Assembly (NCBI GenBank): GCA_018985225.1
Contig: JADGIF010000655.1
Coordinates: 1 to 5,456 of the forward strand
DNA from: Amoeboradix gromovi X-113
Lineage: Eukaryota; Fungi; Sanchytriomycota
DNA: 5,456 bases
Reading direction: 5' to 3'
Part shown: piece after piece, positions 1 through 5,456 of the stretch
Layout: every line of letters begins with the position of its first letter
Numbering within the stretch: position 1 is the first letter of the stretch
Notes under the pieces: generated by a model
What the model was told of the DNA's origin: nothing
The model's input: the letters and a program-made list of their open reading frames with translations, nothing else
Databases searched by the model: none
Position numbers and translations under genes: made by a program

Positions 1-1
1 T

Positions 2-172
2 TTGCTTAGATGCTCAAAGACCTTAATTGAAAGAGATTCAGGGTCTTCTAGTTTTATTTTAAAAAGAGGAATACAATTAATGAGAGAATCTTGGTATAAT
101 AGAAGAAGATCTTTTATTAATGATAGCATTTCCTCCGTATGGAGCACCTCCTATAAAAACGAGTTAGTCTAG
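2..172 (+). other. Possible 3' end of an ORF entering from the left of the window
   Basis: 56 stop-free codons (LLRCSKTL...ESWYNRRRSF...YKNELV*). The TAG (170-172) lies inside the 162-193 repeat. No family recognised, and it could be chance. Confidence 0.25.
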
Positions 173-193
173 TTTTTATATTTGGTGTCCCAT
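162..193 (-). repeat. Dispersed 32-bp repeat, inverted copy (putative transposon terminus)
   Basis: The reverse complement ATGGGACACCAAATATAAAAACTAGACTAACT matches 5249-5280 at 30/32 positions. It begins 1 bp after the stop codon of the 195-704 gene. Confidence 0.9.
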
Positions 194-194
194 T

Positions 195-704
195 TTATTT
201 TTTTGAAGAGAATATCACGCGCACAAGAATCAGTAAAAAAATACTTGTGATACTGACAATTCCACTAATCTCAATGGATACAATACCAATTTTAAATGTG
301 CGTAAAAAATCTTCTTTCTGCAGGGAACTAACGCCTCTTACATTCACAGTCTTCCAAGCTGCCTCTGCATAGTAGTTTAGATATGAGATTATAGTAATAC
401 TATCAATTATTGCAGTCACATTAAGAGCTGCGAAAAAGAAGATTGCAGGTGTTTCTATTTTGGTATCTGTTTTTGCATTGATTAGAATCCCAGTAATACC
501 GCATAAACTGTAAAGCACCGCTTGAATAAAATTTAGAGGAATTGAATATTTTGCACCATGGAATATTTCTAGAGCAACAGCGAGTAAGACAAGTGCATAA
601 AATATTGTCAAAGCCAATCTAATTCCTCGAAACCTCCACTTAATTTCATTTGGAATTGATTTTCTTTGAGGAAGGGAAATTTCATAATCCCTACTGTATG
701 GCAT
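195..704 (-). CDS. Hypothetical four-transmembrane protein (169 aa), paralog of the 1553-2140 protein
   Basis: Intact ATG-TAA ORF with four hydrophobic segments (LALTIFYALVLLAVALEIF; FIQAVLYSLCGITGILI; AIFFFAALNVTAIIDSITIISYL; IGIVSIEISGIVSITSIFLLILVRVIF). It aligns by eye with the 1553-2140 protein. No specific family recognised. Confidence 0.8.
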   Translation of the reverse strand: MPYSRDYEISLPQRKSIPNEIKWRFRGIRLALTIFYALVLLAVALEIFHGAKYSIPLNFIQAVLYSLCGITGILINAKTDTKIETPAIFFFAALNVTAIIDSITIISYLNYYAEAAWKTVNVRGVSSLQKEDFLRTFKIGIVSIEISGIVSITSIFLLILVRVIFSSKK

Positions 705-829
705 TTCGAATTTCTATTTATGGTTAGTTATGTGGAAAGCAGCCGATTATGTTTTTGCTTGGCTAACCAATCGGCAGTAGACGCTTTATTAGAAAAAGCT
801 GAAAATTTGATGCTTGCTTAATGTAATAT

Positions 830-1474
830 TTATTCTTGCATTCCGTTCATTTCTACAACCGAAACTCCATCATAATATGCAATTATATCAACATGGGATT
901 TAGCCAAAGGCATCCAAAGCATCTTGGAAACCTGACATTGTTCGTTGGTCATTTCTTTCCCCTCTTCGCACAGAGTGTATGGCTTTTCTAATATAATCTT
1001 ACCGATGTTTAGTTTAACAGGCAGATTCAATTTCTTCAACTGTTCTAGCATACTACTTGGTAGAGCATCACCGTCGCTTCTAGCTAGTTGTTCCAAAATG
1101 ATAGTTTTTTGAGCCTTCATACCTTTTCGAGCGTAGTCTACCTTAGAAAACTGCAGTTTGTGTTGAACTTCCTCTACAGATTCGTTTGACATCAAAACAC
1201 ACACATCTCCCACAACAAATCTTGAAATATCTAGATTGTTGTCCTTGAACACTTTATGAATCATTTTAGACTTACCAAACATCCATAAGCCAGGCACAGA
1301 CTGTCTTAATTCTTTTATAAACTGATTCCTTTGATTTGTACAATTTAAAATGTAGATAAATTTATATTCAGCGATTCCATCTACAGCAGAGCCGTATAGT
1401 AGTTGCCTAGATTCTTTTGATTTCTTCGAAACATTTCCGATATGTACTACTTTATTTCTTTGCGATACAGGCAT
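830..1474 (-). CDS. MRT4: Ribosome assembly factor Mrt4 (mRNA turnover protein 4; uL10/P0 paralog), 214 aa, intronless
   Basis: The N-terminus MPVSQRNKVVHIGNVSKK matches the Mrt4 pattern MPKSKRxKxVxLTKVxKK. Other matches: NQRNQFIKELR (NMRNxxLKxxR), FGKSKMI (FGKNKVM), GDVCVLMSN (GxVGLLFTN), DYARKG (DYARAG), SMLEQLKKLNLPVKL (SMEPQLRKLGLPTxL), YTLCEEGKEMTNEQ (YxVCxEGxxLTxEQ). It lacks the P0 C-terminal stalk domain. Confidence 0.95.
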   Translation of the reverse strand: MPVSQRNKVVHIGNVSKKSKESRQLLYGSAVDGIAEYKFIYILNCTNQRNQFIKELRQSVPGLWMFGKSKMIHKVFKDNNLDISRFVVGDVCVLMSNESVEEVQHKLQFSKVDYARKGMKAQKTIILEQLARSDGDALPSSMLEQLKKLNLPVKLNIGKIILEKPYTLCEEGKEMTNEQCQVSKMLWMPLAKSHVDIIAYYDGVSVVEMNGMQE

Positions 1475-1552
1475 CAGTTTGTTCCTGGATCCCCAATTCT
1501 CAAACTTAAACAGGGGCCAAAAGCAATAAAAAATAAATAAATGGCTACTTTA

Positions 1553-2140
1553 TTAACCTTTAATTGTTGATTCCGCAATAGTCCTTAGTTCAGCATCGAA
1601 ACTGTTACCACTTTCACCATAAGGATCGTTCGAACGAGAGGTGGTCTCATCGATCCAGTTTATATATGCTATAGTTCTGTTCCTCAAGACTATGTATACT
1701 ATTGCACCAATTCCTATCCGAATAATTCCATCTATCGCTAGCGATGTTCTGATCGCTCTGTTGTTCGACTCTACCTCATCATCAGTAATTGAGGGATTTG
1801 AGATTTTCAGCCGATTAGTGTCTCTCACATATGCTTCACCGTAGAAAACATATTCAGTGACTACGACTGACAGCAAAGTTATTCCAATTAATGGGGAGAT
1901 GTAAAAGGAAGAATTTAGAAGTTTCCTGCTTCTGCTAGTATTTGAAATACTAGAAAGACCAATAATAGCACCACAGAGAACAAGCAATCCCTCGATTAAT
2001 AAGAAACCATCAAAGGAAAATCGTGCTGCATCTAATATTAATATAATCCCTAAAAATGCAAAAATTGCATAAGTTATCTGCAATCCAATTTTCACCCCAC
2101 AACAGCAGCAAACTGGCTCTGTACTTCTTTGAAATGTCAT
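1553..2140 (-). CDS. Hypothetical four-transmembrane protein with N-terminal Cys cluster (~195 aa; up to 219 aa if the ATG at 2212 is used)
   Basis: Open ORF with four hydrophobic helices. A CCCCG cluster precedes TM1, as in many palmitoylated tetraspan/LAPTM-like proteins. The ATG at 2140 (MTFQRSTEPVCCCCG) is favoured as start, but this is inference; the ORF extends to 2212. Confidence 0.8.
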   Translation of the reverse strand: MTFQRSTEPVCCCCGVKIGLQITYAIFAFLGIILILDAARFSFDGFLLIEGLLVLCGAIIGLSSISNTSRSRKLLNSSFYISPLIGITLLSVVVTEYVFYGEAYVRDTNRLKISNPSITDDEVESNNRAIRTSLAIDGIIRIGIGAIVYIVLRNRTIAYINWIDETTSRSNDPYGESGNSFDAELRTIAESTIKG

Positions 2141-2299
2141 TGAGTAATATTGGCCCTTTTGTTTCAAAGACCCTCTAGCAGAGTATTTCCAATGACCAAG
2201 TTTTAGAACCATCGGACCGCTCCAGCTGCATTATGTATCTTATAATCCAGTAACTTTCGTGCCTTGATATAGGTCATGGAAACTTGCGCTGAGAGAAAC

Positions 2300-2318
2300 T
2301 TGGTGTCCCATTTGCTTT
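2300..2318 (-). repeat. Partial inverted copy of the dispersed repeat
   Basis: TTGGTGTCCCATTT (2300-2313) is identical to 182-195. The reverse complement of 2300-2318 (AAAGCAAATGGGACACCAA) matches 5242-5260 (AAAGCATATGGGACATCAA) at 17/19. Confidence 0.6.
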
Positions 2319-2496
2319 GTTTAAAGGATAAGTATTAAATTGTTTTTTGCTATGAATTACTGCTTTTGGTTCGATAGACAAACACTCAATATGATGATGA
2401 ACCGTACATGTCCATGTGGGTATTGAAAACGAGTATGGTCACAGATGATTAAATGTAGTTACGTTATTTTCTACGACGTCTTACGTGACAGTCTTT

Positions 2497-3339
2497 ATGT
2501 TGTTGAGCGAAGATCTATACCTCTATTTAATAAACAGCGAATTCGAGCTCGCATATAAGTTGAGCCATTCAAGTGCTTCTTACTTGCGTGAGAAATATCC
2601 AGTGATAATTCAAATAAAAGGATCAAGTGAATCAGTTACTATCCAATATTTAGACGGGTGGAGGTTAAATAACAAGCGCATTTCACTTGGTGCATTGAAA
2701 GACGAACTGAATAACTGCAATTGTCCATTAGCCAGTTGTGTAGAATTCGTATTTGAAGGAGGCACTCTACTTGTTGGACATGTAAGCGATGACTGGGTCG
2801 ATGAAATACTTCATCTGTACATAATGTTTAATGGTAAATTAGAGATGTTTAACCACAAAATGAAAATTCAGCTAGGATATTACCAACTAGTCAAAAACGA
2901 AAGTAAAATGGATTTATTAATTGGGGGGTGTAGAATAATAAAAGACGTGCTTGCTAGTGATTTCAGTAAATACATAGAGAGGGGAAAATACAAAATTACA
3001 GCAGACAGCAGATTGCTAACCCAAGTCAAAAGGTTATCAGAAGGATGGGACATTTTAGTAAAATATGACCAAATTGATTCCAACCCTACTAAATATGTTA
3101 TTGTTAACGGTCACTACATGTTCTACTATGATACTAATTGGCATTTTAAGAGAAACGGTGACGTGTACTGGATTAAATGCAATTCTAAACCGTGTTTACT
3201 CTGGAGGTTTATAAGTTATGTTTTCAGTGTCGAGTATGTTTATGACGGTGAGCATGAGATGCAGGAAGATCAGCATGGCAGGTCACTAGATGACTTGATA
3301 GTGCGCTATTTGTTTTTAATAAACAACAACATTTTTTAA
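2497..3339 (+). CDS. Hypothetical protein (~280 aa), possible weak F-box-like N-terminus
   Basis: An 855-bp open frame in AT-rich DNA. The ORF track starts at a GTG (2485); the first ATG is at 2497, which is more likely in a eukaryote. No confident family match. Confidence 0.7.
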   Translation: MLLSEDLYLYLINSEFELAYKLSHSSASYLREKYPVIIQIKGSSESVTIQYLDGWRLNNKRISLGALKDELNNCNCPLASCVEFVFEGGTLLVGHVSDDWVDEILHLYIMFNGKLEMFNHKMKIQLGYYQLVKNESKMDLLIGGCRIIKDVLASDFSKYIERGKYKITADSRLLTQVKRLSEGWDILVKYDQIDSNPTKYVIVNGHYMFYYDTNWHFKRNGDVYWIKCNSKPCLLWRFISYVFSVEYVYDGEHEMQEDQHGRSLDDLIVRYLFLINNNIF

Positions 3340-3803
3340 TGTATTGAATCACTTAAGACGGACAATAGAGACGAGATAACAGAGTTCTTTAGTGATAATT
3401 AACGAGAAACTGTCATCAATAATGTTCTTCACCTCTTCAAAAATCACGATTTGCTACAAAATCGAGACTTTCCAGAAAAACGTGAAACCAATTATTCCGT
3501 TGCAATTCCTTATTACGCTTCTACTGCCTTGTGCACGATTGAAGTGAGTCTCCGCATTTTACTTAAAAGCTCTTTATCTACATTCAAATGACATCTGGTG
3601 CATAATTCTCTCCTATATTCCTTCAAGCGCTATCCTAGTGCATTGGTGACACATAAATGCTTTGCTACATTTCTGAAATGCCCATCCTTTTTATTTGGAC
3701 AACTTCTTCATTTTTATGACCATTTGCGATGAAGAAAAGTGTAATTTTTATCGCTTGGGGATTCTCTAGAGTGAAGGCGTTCTTGCTGAGATTATTTTAT
3801 ATA

Positions 3804-3914
3804 CATATGGGACATTAAATATAAAAACTAGAATAAATCGAAAGTTTTCATTATGAGATATTTCAATTTGAAATTAATATTGCAATTTAAATATAAAAAC
3901 TAGACTAACTTTCT
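3804..3914 (+). repeat. Split copy of the dispersed repeat, with an 18-bp direct duplication around a 54-bp insert
   Basis: 3804-3832 matches 5246-5274 (27/29) and 3889-3914 matches 5259-5284 (25/26). TTAAATATAAAAACTAGA occurs exactly at 3815-3832 and 3887-3904. Confidence 0.9.
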
Positions 3915-4080
3915 TAGCAAATCAAATTACAAAAAATTAACAACAATATTGTTTATTCAAAAATTGTTCAAAAAATAAGAAAACACTAATTATTAACTCA
4001 ACCAATCCAAGATTTTGTAATAATTGTCTTATTTTCAACAATGTGAGCAATCTTGCCCCAATAATTTAAGGCAAATCTTA

Positions 4081-5245
4081 CGATTGTATACTATTCAAGC
4101 TGAAGAAGTGAAATTGTGCTAATAAGAAACTAAATTAAATAAAAAACCATTTGTTGGTACCTTTATCAGTAGACATTAATCTCTGATTGCACCTGAAATG
4201 AAAATAGAGCAGTAAATGATAGTTTTTATGTTTGAAACTCTAATTGTTTCTAATTAATTGACTTTAGATTGTTCTGAAGCATTGATAAACGAAGACATTA
4301 AAACTTTGATTGAATTGTCTCATTGGAACACGACTTATATATCACAAATACAAGGTTTACTTGCAAATATAAAGAAATTACTTGTACTCTATAAAGAAGG
4401 GGCATTCTGTCTGCAGAAATTATAAATCATCCAAAGATAAAGACTAATTCAGATGTCATCAAGAAAAAAGTGGACTGTTATCAGATGCTTTCGCGAGGGA
4501 TGAAAGAGGTGCTTTAATTAAAGAATTGGAACATGAATTACAAGGTATTATTATTTCTGGACAGCTCATGGGTTTGCAGATGGCGACATTAAGAGTTCAG
4601 ATGGGTATTTAAAATATCGAACTAGTGTCGCAATAAACAATAGACTACATGAATCGCAATATGGTACTATGTTTCCACGGATCTTTAAAATCGATTGGAA
4701 TACTGCGAGACAAAACTGTACTCATGACATGACAGCATCTTCGTTGTATACCGTAAGAAACTATAAAGCTATTATTCCCTGCAGCAAATTTCCTTGATCA
4801 GGCCTTGTTCATTCGTCAATTTAAATTCTAAAATTGCAGCCTATTCCGAAATTTGGAGCGCTCATGAGACGGATCGTGTCAGAATACCCTCCAATTTCAC
4901 GGTTGTTCAAAAAGAGGCAAAACACCAAAGAGCAACTTAAAAAGCAGAATGTCTGAAGACAATGGTGTTCCATGTGGACATCATTCAATTTTATCAGTTC
5001 TGCGATGTAACGGGCTGGAGTTCCATATGAATTATACCAAGTTTGCAAAAAATGGCCAGTGACAACACATTTGATTCAAGTAGCATCTTCCAAGATCCTC
5101 TCTTCCTACCGATTGAATTTGAACTAAAGAGAAAAAGGACAATTTACATCTAATGAGGATACGCCTTTGAACTTTGCCTACCAAACCGGAGAACTACTTG
5201 GAGACTCTGGCCTGGATTACCGAGTCAAAGGAGCACTTGAAAAAG
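4081..5245 (+). pseudogene. Degenerate Mutator-like (MULE/FAR1-type) DDE transposase with SWIM zinc-finger remnant
   Basis: Manual translation gives MULE-like motifs in the expected order, broken by stops and frameshifts: KPFVG (4144-4158); LTLDCSEALIN (second catalytic D at 4267, cf. xTDxDxALxNA); LSHWN (4315-4329, cf. LCxWH); YYFWTAHGF...INNRLHES (catalytic E at 4651, cf. W...TNNRxES; stop-free frame 4537-4797); SRMSEDNGVPCGHHSILSVL (4943-5002, cf. SWIM CxCxxFExxGIPCxHILxVL); YQVCKKW; RVKGALEK (5221-5244). Boundaries are approximate. Confidence 0.7.
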
Positions 5246-5284
5246 CATATGGGACATCAAATATAAAAACTGGACTAACTTTCT
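5246..5284 (+). repeat. Full direct copy of the dispersed repeat (putative transposon terminus)
   Basis: CATATGGGACATCAAATATAAAAACTGGACTAACTTTCT. It abuts the 3' end of the recognisable MULE remnant. Confidence 0.9.
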
Positions 5285-5456
5285 GTAACAACTTGGAACA
5301 TTATTTCAGCTTTATTACTTTATGGATTTAAGAGGCGAGTGGACATTCAGCTAGTTGCGGAGTTGACGAGTATAAAAGGAAAATAAATAGCTTTTTGTAT
5401 CGAAATTTCCAAACATAAATATTCTGTACAGCTATTCTCTTACTCTTTCATCCAAT

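Noticed and set aside
1-150. Minus-strand peptide MLSLIKDLLLLYQD resembling LLANIKKLLVLYKE in the MULE relic
   Set aside because: Short, Leu-rich, low-information match with an in-frame stop nearby and weak nucleotide similarity.
1641-1844. 67-aa + strand ORF
   Set aside because: Antisense shadow wholly inside the 1553-2212 CDS, with a GTG start.
2880-3083. 67-aa - strand ORF
   Set aside because: Antisense shadow inside the 2497-3339 CDS, with a non-ATG start.
3340-3732. Stop-codon readthrough or alternative genetic code extending the 2497-3339 ORF (only three further stops in ~130 codons)
   Set aside because: MRT4 and its neighbours end normally at TAA and have no internal stops. The extension contains both TAA and TGA and has no recognisable motif. 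It may be decayed coding DNA, but it cannot be assigned.
3915-4080. A-rich tract as possible ncRNA or origin
   Set aside because: Low-complexity AT-rich sequence with no convincing structure or periodicity.
4821-5048. 75-aa - strand ORF
   Set aside because: Non-ATG start, no recognisable motifs, and antisense to the SWIM region of the MULE relic.
3804-5250. Fanzor/TnpB element suggested by CATA preceding two repeat copies
   Set aside because: The other copies are preceded by AAAA and CAAA, and no RuvC or zinc-ribbon remnants of TnpB/Fanzor were recognised in the frames examined.
162-5280. A single 5.1-kb Pack-MULE-like element bounded by the 162-193 and 5249-5280 inverted repeats and carrying MRT4
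   Set aside because: No target-site duplication (left flank ...TATAAAAACG, right flank TTCTGTAAC...). The G-rich ends would point inward, and additional internal copies exist. Not fully excluded, but unsupported.
3804-5284. CRISPR array
   Set aside because: Eukaryotic context, no cas genes, only one repeat-spacer-repeat unit, and the other copies are kilobases apart and in mixed orientation.

Overview
AT-rich eukaryotic genomic DNA from a compact, apparently intron-poor genome (inferred: protist or early-diverging fungus; standard genetic code). The left half is a tightly packed gene block: a divergent MRT4 ribosome-assembly factor gene (830-1474, -) lies between two diverged paralogous four-TM membrane protein genes (195-704 and 1553-2140/2212, both -), followed by an orphan ~280-aa gene (2497-3339, +). 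The right half holds a decayed Mutator-like (MULE) DDE transposase with a SWIM zinc-finger remnant (~4081-5245, +) that the ORF track misses because of stops and frameshifts. A ~32-39 bp motif, (CAT)ATGGGACAY(C/T)AAATATAAAAACTRGACTAACT(TTCT), recurs across the window: inverted at 162-193, partial inverted at 2300-2318, split at 3804-3914 and direct at 5246-5284. It looks like a transposon terminus. It contains a TATA-like core and a fungal-type branch point (ACTAAC), and one copy is interrupted by a 54-bp insert flanked by an exact 18-bp duplication.
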